Assembly: GCA_037442685.1 (NCBI GenBank)
Contig: JBBIPU010000001.1
Coordinates: 25,626-89,625 of the forward strand
DNA length: 64,000 nt
Direction: 5' to 3'
DNA from: Draconibacterium sp.
GTDB lineage: Bacteria > Bacteroidota > Bacteroidia > Bacteroidales > Prolixibacteraceae
How positions within the stretch are numbered: position 1 is the stretch's first letter; each line of letters begins with the position of its first letter. Below, one piece after another: positions 48,343-58,200 of the stretch. The notes beneath the pieces are model-generated. The model was given only the letters and a program-made list of their open reading frames with translations. It was not told the DNA's origin and searched no databases. Made by a program: the position numbers and the translations under genes.

Positions 48343-51300
48343 ATGAAACATTCTTATGCATTTTATATTGTTTTTCTGTCGGTTTTTATTTTTTCGACAT
48401 TTTCCAGGGCATCCGATATTGTTAATGTTCAGGCATTAAACAGCCATATAATAATAATTCATTTCGATGATGGTTTTGTACGTTATCATCAGCGTGGTGA
48501 AGCGAGACAAAACGAGTGGGTTGTAGCTGAACCACTGGATATCGGAAAAGCAACAAATCCTTCAAATTATAAAATAAAATCCTTCGATGGATTTTATGCC
48601 AATCCGGTGAATCCTTTTAAAGTAAGCCGTAAATCAAAAGGAACTGAATTTACCTGGTTGTGCCAGAATTATAATTCAGTAACAGGATGTGTGAACACGA
48701 AACCCGACCATGTTAAAGAACACTGGATTTATCTTTATCTGTCTGAACCTTTGGAAACGGGGAAAAAATACTGGGTTTCAACAGGGGATGTTGCCGGAAA
48801 CGGAAATGAATGGGAACTTGATTTTTCACTTAGTGAAAACCTGTCGGAGGCAATTCATGTCAATATTGTCGGATACGATCCGCGGGCACCACAAAAATAT
48901 GGGTATGTTTATCACTGGGCAGGCGAATCGGGAAGCATCGATTTTTCAGTTTACAATGGGAATAATTTTTACCTGATTGATGCCGGTACTGAAAAAATAG
49001 TGTTTACAGGAAAGATAAAATTCAGGAAAGACAGGAAAAACAAGGAGACCTTTCAGACCGCGGATACTCCAGATCAGAATTTTCTCGGTGCCGATGTCTA
49101 TGAATGTGATTTTTCAGAATTTGAAGTTCCAGGCGAATACTTTCTGGCAGTGGAAGGAATCGGCAGATCGTTCATTTTTAAAATAAAGAACGATATTTAC
49201 AGGTTACCATTTTACACTTCTGTCAGGGGATTGTATCATAACCGGTCGGGAATCGATTTAAAGCAGCCTTATACCGAATTTACAAGACCGGCTCCCCATA
49301 ATCCCTTAAAAACTCCGGGTTTCTCAGGTAAGCTGAAATATACTACTTCGCGTTTTATCGATTGGAATGATTTGGACCACTCAACCGCTGATAAACAGGC
49401 AATTGAAGCCGGAATTCTCGGACCGGCTGATACCTGGGGTTGGTACCAGGATGCCGGAGACTGGGATGGGTATTTCACTCATATGAAAATTCCTGCAATG
49501 CTGATGCTGACCTGGGAAATTGCACCTGAAAAATTTGCTGACGGAGAGTTGAATTTACCTGAAGGAGTGAACCAGATTCCCGATATACTTGATGAAGCCG
49601 GATGGTTAATCCGTTTTTTTTACCGGACACGTCATGAACTGATAAACAAAGGTTATGGATCAGGCGGCATCGGATCACGTGTAGCGCCCGACTGGTTCGG
49701 AAATGCCCCTGACGGAGTTCCTTCATATCTCGATAACGGACAATGGATTATTTCGGGCGAGGATCCGTTTACCACCTTTTTTTATGCAGGACTGGCCGGA
49801 CACTATGCCTTGGTTCTTGATAAACTGGGTGTTGCCGATCCTGAAGGAACAAATTGGAAAAATGAAGCTGAGGAAGCATTTCAATGGGCAAAAAATAATA
49901 CAAAACCAAATGATAATGATCCCTTAAAGGTGCATAATTACAATCTGAAAGATTTTGAATTATATGCTGCATCAAGTCTTTTCCGGATTACCGGTAGTTC
50001 AGTTTACTCTCAAATAATAAAAAAATATCTGGCAACTTTGACATCAACAACCATTTTGAGTGAGGATAAAAAATGGGGAACATATACCCTGATCACTGGA
50101 AAAGAGCACATAATTGATGATTCACTTTTGATATTGAAAGTAAAAGGAGCGGTAATTGCCACCGCCGACCAGGAGTTCAGCAGTATAGCACAACGCGCCT
50201 GCCGTTACGGGGGAAATATGTGGATGCCAATGTTGGTTGGTCAGGGGACAACGCCACAAGTTTTCGGAATGATGATGGGGCATTTCCTGTCGAAAGAATT
50301 TGCACCGTCAAAAACAGAATCGTACCTGGCCGGACTTTATACAACGGCTGACTATTTTCTGGGTTGCAATCCGCTTAACATGGCGTACATTACGCATGTT
50401 GGCGTTCGCTATCCTGAAAGGGTCATGCATCTCGATTCGTGGTACAGGGATGGTGGGGAAATGGTTCCGGGAATTACTCCCTATGGTCCATGGAAAGACG
50501 ACGGTGCAACCCCGGCTACGGGACCGTGGGATCTGCACTGGCCTTACAAAACCTTGTATCCTGAAAGCATCAATAAATGGCCTGGACACGAACGCTGGTT
50601 CAATAATTACACCACACCACTGAATGCCGAGTTTACGGTTCATCAGAATACGGTGCTTTCAGCAGTGGTATATGGTTATCTGTGCGATGTACCTGATGGT
50701 TCTTTCCATCCTAATAAAAGGCCGGCAATTGAAATATCTTCGCCTGCTCAAAACAGCGAAATCAAAGGAGATATTACCATTTCAACCGATGTAATTGATC
50801 CAAACGGAGAGAATGACATTGCCTGGGTTGAATTTTATAATGACTGGCATAAAATAGGGCAGACCAACAAAGCTCCATTTCAGTTTGCATGGAAGAAACC
50901 GGTTTACGGGCGCGTAAAACTTTCTGCCAAAGTAGTGGATAAAAGTGGTTTTTCTTCAAAATCGGAAGCGGTTGAAATCAATGTTTTGCCTTTAAATTAC
51001 AACGTTTCGGTAATTGCAAAGGACAGCCTGACAAACCAGATTATTCCTGACTGCGAAGTGATCGCGGATGGGAAAAAATTAATGACCGATAACAAAGGTG
51101 AAGCAAAATTTGAGCAAATCCCGGGTCTTTTTGATCTTCATTTCAACCATGAAAAATATATTTCGAAAGATGTTGCACCAATCAGCATTTATAACGACAC
51201 TGCACTGGTTTTTTATCTGGTGCAAAAAAAAAATGAAGTTTTAATTGTTATTCATGATAATTACACCGGGGATTTAATCGAAGGGGCACAGGTGGATTTG

Positions 51301-51954
51301 AATTACAATCAAATTATTACCAATAAAAATGGTGAAGCTTTTTATAAGAATTACAGCGGAAACTTCGAGTACACAGTAACAAAAAACTCCTTCAGGGAAG
51401 AAAAGGGAATTTTTGAAGTTAACTCTGATACAACATTTCATGTTTTTCTGGTACGGACCGAAGCAGATGTAAAATTCGAATTAAAAGACGGGATTGCGCC
51501 GGTAACCAATGCTGTTGTGGTTTTTGGTACCGATACTTTGCTCTCTTCGGTTCTTGGAATAGCGCGCTTTAAAGAAATGCCTGTTTCGCAGTCATACGAT
51601 TTCATGATTTATAAAACAGGATACGATGATGTTTTTGGTAAACTTTTTTTGATGACTGATTCAACCATCTCGGTTACGTTAAATGCTTATCCGGTTGGGA
51701 TCAAAGATTTTGGAGAAAATGCCGGTTTAAAAATCTGGCCGAATCCTGTCCATTCGGGTTTAACAATCATTTCCGATGAAATTGTTCAGGAAATCATAGT
51801 TTATTCTCTTACAGGCAAGCTGGTTGTCAGAAAAACAGGTATTCAGAAGAAAACCTTCAAGCTTGATTTTTTACAGCTTGAACAGGGAATCTACCTGCTT
51901 GAAATAAGATTTACAAATGGACAATCTACTGTCAGAAATATTGTCAGAAATTGA
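48343..51954 (+). CDS. GH9-like glycoside hydrolase (extra N-terminal domain, CelD_N Ig-like, GH9 catalytic, Ig, three-module stalk, T9SS CTD)
   Basis: 1203 aa. IHVNIVGYDPRAPQKYGYV is CelD_N-like. WGWYQDAGDWDGY carries the GH9 DAGD motif. LGCNPLNMAYITHVGVRYPERVMH is a GH9-like C-terminal block. The CTD is LKIWPNPVHSGLTI...GIYLLEI. Confidence 0.7.
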   Translation: MKHSYAFYIVFLSVFIFSTFSRASDIVNVQALNSHIIIIHFDDGFVRYHQRGEARQNEWVVAEPLDIGKATNPSNYKIKSFDGFYANPVNPFKVSRKSKGTEFTWLCQNYNSVTGCVNTKPDHVKEHWIYLYLSEPLETGKKYWVSTGDVAGNGNEWELDFSLSENLSEAIHVNIVGYDPRAPQKYGYVYHWAGESGSIDFSVYNGNNFYLIDAGTEKIVFTGKIKFRKDRKNKETFQTADTPDQNFLGADVYECDFSEFEVPGEYFLAVEGIGRSFIFKIKNDIYRLPFYTSVRGLYHNRSGIDLKQPYTEFTRPAPHNPLKTPGFSGKLKYTTSRFIDWNDLDHSTADKQAIEAGILGPADTWGWYQDAGDWDGYFTHMKIPAMLMLTWEIAPEKFADGELNLPEGVNQIPDILDEAGWLIRFFYRTRHELINKGYGSGGIGSRVAPDWFGNAPDGVPSYLDNGQWIISGEDPFTTFFYAGLAGHYALVLDKLGVADPEGTNWKNEAEEAFQWAKNNTKPNDNDPLKVHNYNLKDFELYAASSLFRITGSSVYSQIIKKYLATLTSTTILSEDKKWGTYTLITGKEHIIDDSLLILKVKGAVIATADQEFSSIAQRACRYGGNMWMPMLVGQGTTPQVFGMMMGHFLSKEFAPSKTESYLAGLYTTADYFLGCNPLNMAYITHVGVRYPERVMHLDSWYRDGGEMVPGITPYGPWKDDGATPATGPWDLHWPYKTLYPESINKWPGHERWFNNYTTPLNAEFTVHQNTVLSAVVYGYLCDVPDGSFHPNKRPAIEISSPAQNSEIKGDITISTDVIDPNGENDIAWVEFYNDWHKIGQTNKAPFQFAWKKPVYGRVKLSAKVVDKSGFSSKSEAVEINVLPLNYNVSVIAKDSLTNQIIPDCEVIADGKKLMTDNKGEAKFEQIPGLFDLHFNHEKYISKDVAPISIYNDTALVFYLVQKKNEVLIVIHDNYTGDLIEGAQVDLNYNQIITNKNGEAFYKNYSGNFEYTVTKNSFREEKGIFEVNSDTTFHVFLVRTEADVKFELKDGIAPVTNAVVVFGTDTLLSSVLGIARFKEMPVSQSYDFMIYKTGYDDVFGKLFLMTDSTISVTLNAYPVGIKDFGENAGLKIWPNPVHSGLTIISDEIVQEIIVYSLTGKLVVRKTGIQKKTFKLDFLQLEQGIYLLEIRFTNGQSTVRNIVRN

Positions 51955-51996
51955 TTTCGGGAGAATTTCAAACTTATTTTGCAGTAGTTATATTTA

Positions 51997-53868
51997 TCAT
52001 TTCTGAAGTTCGAGTATAAATGAACCTGACGGTGGCAAACTAATTTCTATGGTTCCTTCACCTTTTTTACCGGTTTTCAATTCGGTTGTATATTTTCTGT
52101 AGATAAGGTCTGTTGCTTTCAATTTATCTGAATTCAGGTTCCACAGGGATACAAGCTCTGCAGGAATCTTCAGGTTGAATTTTAATTCGTTTTGTTTGTC
52201 GAAACTTGCCGCCACAATCAGTTTCTGATCACCGGAGTATCTTGCATAACTGATCACGCGGTCTGAATAATTCTCAGTAATGCCGGCATTTGCAGACTGC
52301 AGTTCATAATACCGGCCTGAAAATGCGGGGGAAGTGATTGTCAGGTTTAGCAAACGGCTGTAAAAATCGCGAAGTTCCTTTTCATTTTCCGTCAACTGTC
52401 CGCCATCAAACAGCCCGTTGTTAACCCACCTTTGAAATGATGGCACTGCAAAATAATCGAAAATGGTTGTGCGTGTGGCCTTGCCAAAACCTGCATCCAG
52501 GGTTGCCGGTTCCCCGAGTTCCTGGGCAAAATAAACCAGTGTCGGCGAAGTGCTGATCGTTGCGGCAACAACCATTCCGGGCTTGCCAATTTCTGCATTT
52601 CCTGCAAATCCGGTCGATGCAATCCGCTGTTCATCATGGTTTTCAAGAAAATGAATCATGTGCTTTTCAATATCTTCAACCTGTTTCTGAACTTTAATCA
52701 CTTCATTTGGGTTTCCTTTTCCCTGCATTAAAACACGGAGCGAATCGTAAAATCCGACTTTATCGTACAGGTAATCCATTTTACCCATTCTGATGTAATC
52801 GCGGTAAATTGCCGGATTATAAATCTCGGCAATCAGAACTGCATCAGGATTCGCAATTTTGATATTCGAATTGAGGTAACTCCAGAATTCAACAGGCACC
52901 ATTTCGGCCATATCAAACCTGAATCCGTCAATACCGAAATTCATCCAGTAAAGTGCAATATCCCTGAATTTTACCCACGAATCGGGAACGTTTTTATCTT
53001 TCCAGAAATCGAAATGTTTCTGAATTGAAGCTGTATCATATTCCGAGGTCAGCACATCGAAATCCTTTGTCCCGTCTGGTCTTACACCGTAATTGATTTT
53101 TACAGTTTCGTACCAGTCATTAACCGACGGTTGTGCTGCCCGTGATCCGTTGCCTGTCCATTTGGCAGGATTTTCATCGAATTTACCGTCAGCCAGCGGA
53201 TTTTTTTCACCTCCAAGCGGAAGCTGATCTTTATTAAATTCAGGAACTTTAAACGGCTGACCGGGAATGTAGTAAAAGTTGTTGTCGCGCCTGTATTCCA
53301 CACTTTTATCATCGTTGGCCCCGAAATCGGTCACTCCTTCTGGTTTTGAAACCGACTGATATTTACGTGCCACATGATTTGGAACAATGTCGATAATAAC
53401 TTTTAATCCGTTTCGGTGGGTTCTGTCAACCAGCGCTTTGAATTCGTCTAAACGCCGGGCCGGATCAGTTGCCAGATCGGGATCGACATTGTAATAGTCT
53501 TTTATTGCATAAGGCGATCCGGCGCGACCCTTCACCACGTCGGGATCATCATTCGAAATGCCGTATTTTGTGTAATCGTTGATTACTGCGTGATGCGGGA
53601 CTCCGGTGTACCAGATGTGCGTAACACCAAGTTTTTTTATTTCCGATAAAGCTTTATCCGTAAAATCATCGAATTTGCCAACACCGTTTTCTTCAATGGT
53701 TCCCCAGGGTTTCATTGTAGTATTGGTATTCCCGAACAAACGGGTAAAAACCTGGTAAATCACTATTTTATCATTTTTACCGGTATTTGGTGGTTTTGGT
53801 TCCTCCTTCATGCATCCGGTCAAAAAAAGTATAGCAAAAGCCATACAAAGAAATGAGAAGTATTTCAT
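51997..53868 (-). CDS. GH13 alpha-amylase-family lipoprotein
   Basis: 623 aa with a lipobox (FLTGC). IYQVFTRLFGN, VIIDIVPNHVA (region I), IDGFRFDMAEMV (region II nucleophile Asp), AEIY and FLENHDEQR (region IV) are all present. Confidence 0.85.
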   Translation of the reverse strand: MKYFSFLCMAFAILFLTGCMKEEPKPPNTGKNDKIVIYQVFTRLFGNTNTTMKPWGTIEENGVGKFDDFTDKALSEIKKLGVTHIWYTGVPHHAVINDYTKYGISNDDPDVVKGRAGSPYAIKDYYNVDPDLATDPARRLDEFKALVDRTHRNGLKVIIDIVPNHVARKYQSVSKPEGVTDFGANDDKSVEYRRDNNFYYIPGQPFKVPEFNKDQLPLGGEKNPLADGKFDENPAKWTGNGSRAAQPSVNDWYETVKINYGVRPDGTKDFDVLTSEYDTASIQKHFDFWKDKNVPDSWVKFRDIALYWMNFGIDGFRFDMAEMVPVEFWSYLNSNIKIANPDAVLIAEIYNPAIYRDYIRMGKMDYLYDKVGFYDSLRVLMQGKGNPNEVIKVQKQVEDIEKHMIHFLENHDEQRIASTGFAGNAEIGKPGMVVAATISTSPTLVYFAQELGEPATLDAGFGKATRTTIFDYFAVPSFQRWVNNGLFDGGQLTENEKELRDFYSRLLNLTITSPAFSGRYYELQSANAGITENYSDRVISYARYSGDQKLIVAASFDKQNELKFNLKIPAELVSLWNLNSDKLKATDLIYRKYTTELKTGKKGEGTIEISLPPSGSFILELQK

Positions 53869-53883
53869 CGTTAAAAATACAGA

Positions 53884-55188
53884 TTAATTGAAAATCAGTG
53901 TGTTTATCGATTCAGGTTGAATTCCTGCGGTTATTTTATCTCCCGAAGTACTGCACTTCACTCTTCCTTCTTCCCAGTTCGATTTTTGAGTTGTTGTCAC
54001 CGATTTTGACAACTTTTTAACTATCCCGGCAATTTCGATATTCACTGCTTCCTTTTTCAGATTAATTACCTGGAGCACCGTTTCGCCTTTTGGATTTGTG
54101 CCGCAAATCGCCAGTATTTCAGGATCGGAACTGAGAGAACCGATGATTTGTGTGCCGTTATTCAGAAAGTCGGTTAAATGACGGGTAACAAAATATGAAG
54201 GATATTTTGTTTTGGTGTCGGCTGACATAACTGCGTAATTATCCTGCCATGTCCAGTACATCGAAACCTGCACTTCGGCATATTTCATCATCCGGTGCGA
54301 AATTCTGGCAAACCGTAATGCGTAATCCCAGCTTTCGTTCATGCCTTTCGTTTTATGTGCCATGGCATCAAATCCCAGTTCGCTGCACCAGACAGGTTTA
54401 TTCCAGGCTTTGGCAAATCCTGCAATCCGTTCAAATTCGCTGTCAGGGATTTTTTCCGACCACCAGCTGTGAAAACAAAGGGGGCCAAGGTATTTCCAGA
54501 TGGTCGAATCGGCAGCAATCATGGTGGCAAATTCAATGGTTCCCTTTGTTTGTGCGGTATCGGCCCAGAGGAATTTAGTTTTCAACCCGGCTTTTTTAAA
54601 TCTTTCGCCAGCCAGTTTAAAAAATGCGATGGTTTCCTGTGGCGAGAAAATAATCTGCCAGCCTCCGTCCGATTCGTTAAACGAAAAATAATCGGCTTCC
54701 ACGCCGTATTTGTTTTTTGCAGTCAGAAGAAAAGCTTCGATCATGTCGATTAATTCATCGTATTTTTCAGGTTTTATGCGGCGTTGCGAACTTTTTTCAG
54801 GATTCGAAACCAGTTCATCGGCAACCCTCCACACCGAAATTGTAAAGCTTTTAACCCCGAATTCTGTTTTCATTCGTTTCATGCTTTCGAGCAGTGAAAT
54901 AACTGTTGGCTGCTCAACAATTTTATCGCCTTTAAACTCTGAATATGCAATCCGGCGAAATTCGAGCGGAAGCGCCATTCGAACATGGCTTGGTTTAAAA
55001 TCGGTGAGTGTTGCTGCGCCGATTGCATCCCAGGCATTATCGGTGTAATTTGCCTGGCAATAATTACCACCGACCGACACTATTTTCTGTTTCAGAAGTT
55101 CAGGGTAAACCTGCACTTTAACCGTTTGCGAAAATCCGTTTAAAGCCCAGAATATCAGCAGGGTAAACATCAAAGTTGTTTTTTTCAT
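53884..55188 (-). CDS. Clan GH-A-type glycoside hydrolase, GH30-like (TIM barrel plus C-terminal beta-sandwich)
   Basis: 434 aa with a signal peptide. IVSVGGNYCQAN resembles the GH30 N-terminal GFGG block. FSFNESDGGW is a candidate acid/base NE and VWCSELGFD a candidate nucleophile E. The family assignment is tentative. Confidence 0.45.
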   Translation of the reverse strand: MKKTTLMFTLLIFWALNGFSQTVKVQVYPELLKQKIVSVGGNYCQANYTDNAWDAIGAATLTDFKPSHVRMALPLEFRRIAYSEFKGDKIVEQPTVISLLESMKRMKTEFGVKSFTISVWRVADELVSNPEKSSQRRIKPEKYDELIDMIEAFLLTAKNKYGVEADYFSFNESDGGWQIIFSPQETIAFFKLAGERFKKAGLKTKFLWADTAQTKGTIEFATMIAADSTIWKYLGPLCFHSWWSEKIPDSEFERIAGFAKAWNKPVWCSELGFDAMAHKTKGMNESWDYALRFARISHRMMKYAEVQVSMYWTWQDNYAVMSADTKTKYPSYFVTRHLTDFLNNGTQIIGSLSSDPEILAICGTNPKGETVLQVINLKKEAVNIEIAGIVKKLSKSVTTTQKSNWEEGRVKCSTSGDKITAGIQPESINTLIFN

Positions 55189-55237
55189 AATTATCAGGTT
55201 TAAAGTACTTTTATCAGATTTGACTTCATGCGGGTAT

Positions 55238-58200
55238 TTAGTTTTTTAAAAAGAAACGGGTCACCATATTTTCTCCCAAAACAAGTTTTAATATATAAAT
55301 GCCTGGTGGAATTTCATTTACGGAAATCCGAAGATTCAGGTTTTCTCCGGTGATTTGATTTTTCAGAACGTTGCCGTTTAAATCGATTACTTCGACCGAT
55401 CCATTTAAGAAAACCGGCGGAATTTTCACGTTCAGTATTTCAGAAACCGGATTAGGCCAAATCCGGAAATGATCCTGTTCCGGTTTTTCTGATATTGAAG
55501 TCGAGTAAGGAACCATGGTCAGATTAACAATTGTGTCGCCGGCGAGGTATAAAATCCCCGACAAATCATCGTACCCTCCTTTGTACATAAAATAGCTGTA
55601 TTGTGTATAAACCGGAAGATTTTTAAAATTTGCAATTCCCAGTCCCGTGGAAATCAGCGTATCAGCATTTAATATTACAACAACATTATTCACAGGTGTA
55701 TTCGTCCCTTCGGTGATTTTAAACTTTACCGAACCGTTTAATCTTGTCAACATCAGTTGTATTGTGGTATCAGCGCCTACCGAAATAAAACCGCTTTCAG
55801 TTTCAAACGAGTTTTTTTCAACCAGGTACGGATAGTTACCCTGGAACAATTCAAATGTGGCTTTTCCAGCTTCATCAGTAATCTGAATTTCGTTATTTAA
55901 AGTTACTCTTGCTCCCGAAAAAAAAACTCCGGTGTGTTTATCTCCTGCACTAATTGAAACTTTGTATTTTTCGGGTACAAGGTAATATGTAAAAGTTGTG
56001 TCGCTGAAAATGGTAAACTGTTGTGTCGAAATAGTTTTGTAATGTTCTTTTTCGATATTGAAAACCAATATATTACTGGTATTTGAGAATGTGGTCAGGC
56101 CCGAATTATCAGTCGTTTTCAGCACATCGAAATAAGAAATCCTGCAACCGGGAAGAGGATTTCCTGTATTAAAATCAAAGATTTTTATGGTTGCTTTGAA
56201 ATTTGCAAGAGCGGTAGTGTCTTTCAATCTTCGTTCGAGTTGATCGAGATAAAGTGATTTCGGGAATAAGTCGTCGCCTTTTCCAATACCCTCGGCAAAA
56301 TCACGCGGGCCGGTTTTGTACGCGTAACCGTTAATTGTTCCGTCCACCGGATCGAGTTTTACCTGGTCGGCAACTCCTGAAGTGCCAATGATGTAACCGT
56401 GTTTAAACTGGCGCGATTCAATAATGTAATCCCTGTCAGGATGGTAATTCAGCCCTTTTGTATTGTAAAACACCGATTGTGTTGAGGAGTAGCCATGAAT
56501 CACATCGCCTCCGTACGGACGGAATGTGGATTCAAGATAATCCCTGTCAACAGTGAAATTATCGATTAAATTGGCCATGCTCAGGTACATGTGAAAGTCG
56601 CTGGCGTATTTCGAGTTTTCGCCAATGCAGTTATAAATCACATTTCCGTTTGAAAAAGCAGATTTAAAATCGTAATTGTGACGTCCATCGTTGGCACGGC
56701 TGTCTTTGATCAGGCAATCGTTCGACTGCAGCGTAAACATGTACCCATTACCACCACCGCCTTCGTATTGCGGTTTTTGAAAGAAACAGGAATCGACGGT
56801 AATCCCGCGGCACTGTTCGAGCAGAAGACAATTCGACAGAACATGAATGTCAAGCGAATTTTGTATTGGTTTGTATGTATTTACATTTTTTACCCAACAG
56901 TTCTGAGCATATTTGATCAGGATGGCATGCGATGCATGAACCTCGTAAGCACCTGTTCCGGGTTCGGTGTAAGTTTCTTCATCCCAGCCCATTTTGTTAT
57001 TTTGAATGTTGCCGATACTCAGGTTTTCGATCCCGCTTTCCGAAATGTGCTGTTTTGCATGGTAGATCCTTGCATTGTCGCGGGTTTTCATGAAATAACG
57101 GGTAGGTGAGTCGATGTAAATCATATTTTTTTCAACGTCGATTGAATCAATTTTCCGGAGAAACATTACCCTGGCAGCCCAGTCAACCCAGATTCCGGTC
57201 ATTTCATGTTCTGCAATGAATTCCGGGGTTCCGTCGGTCCGAAGGATAATATCGTCGCCTTTATTAAAACCATTTACCGAAACAACAGGAATTACGCGGG
57301 TTGGATAAAGCAGATCGTTTTTCAGTTTTGTGGATGTACCTGTTTCGTCCGACCAGGTGCACCAGTCACCCATCATCCAGATGATGCTTTTCTGTCTCAT
57401 GTTGCTGTTGTCGTTGAAAATAAAGGTCGAATCGGTTCCGGCACCGCGAAGAACGGTGTTGCTATACTGTATTCGCAGCGCTGAATCTTCATTTCCCGGA
57501 TTTACCCTGTAAGTTCCGGCAGGCAGATAAACCACCCCACCGCCACTTTGACCCACGTCATTCAACGCTTTCTGAATGATTGCGGTGACATCGGTTTCGC
57601 CATTGTTGTCAGCATTGTAAGGTGGCTGCGTGATATTCACAACATTATCTGTGATAAACGGGATCTCTTTTTCTCCCTGGTGATATCCGGCGTATGAAAA
57701 ATCGTGAAGAAACCTGTCGTCGTTGTCTTTGAAACCCGGTTTCCAGTTTTCAGGATAAAGTTTACTCCTCCATCCCTGAGGTTGTGGTTCATACGATTTC
57801 AGGTCAGGCATTTCATCAAGGGTCAGCACGTAATCATGTGCAAACATTTTTTTCCATAAATCGAGTGAATTGTATTTCGAATTCCTCACAAAATCGCCGT
57901 ACCACGGCATGAAATACGACCAGGGAGCTTCGTCGGCTACAAGGTTGTCGGCATCGGGGAATGATCCGGTTTCACTGAGCGTGATTATTTTCTTTCCGCC
58001 ATAATCGTTATTCAGTTTGTTGAATTCCATGATTTGCGAACTGTGGTCGCCGTCTTTGTAAATGTCGCGTCCGATGATATCCACCACATCGTCGCCCGGG
58101 TACCACGATTTGTCGTTTTGCTGACTCGTCCAAACCCAGATCAGGTTTTTCAGACCATGGTAATTTACCATCCTGTCGTACATCAGGCGGTAAAGTTGTT

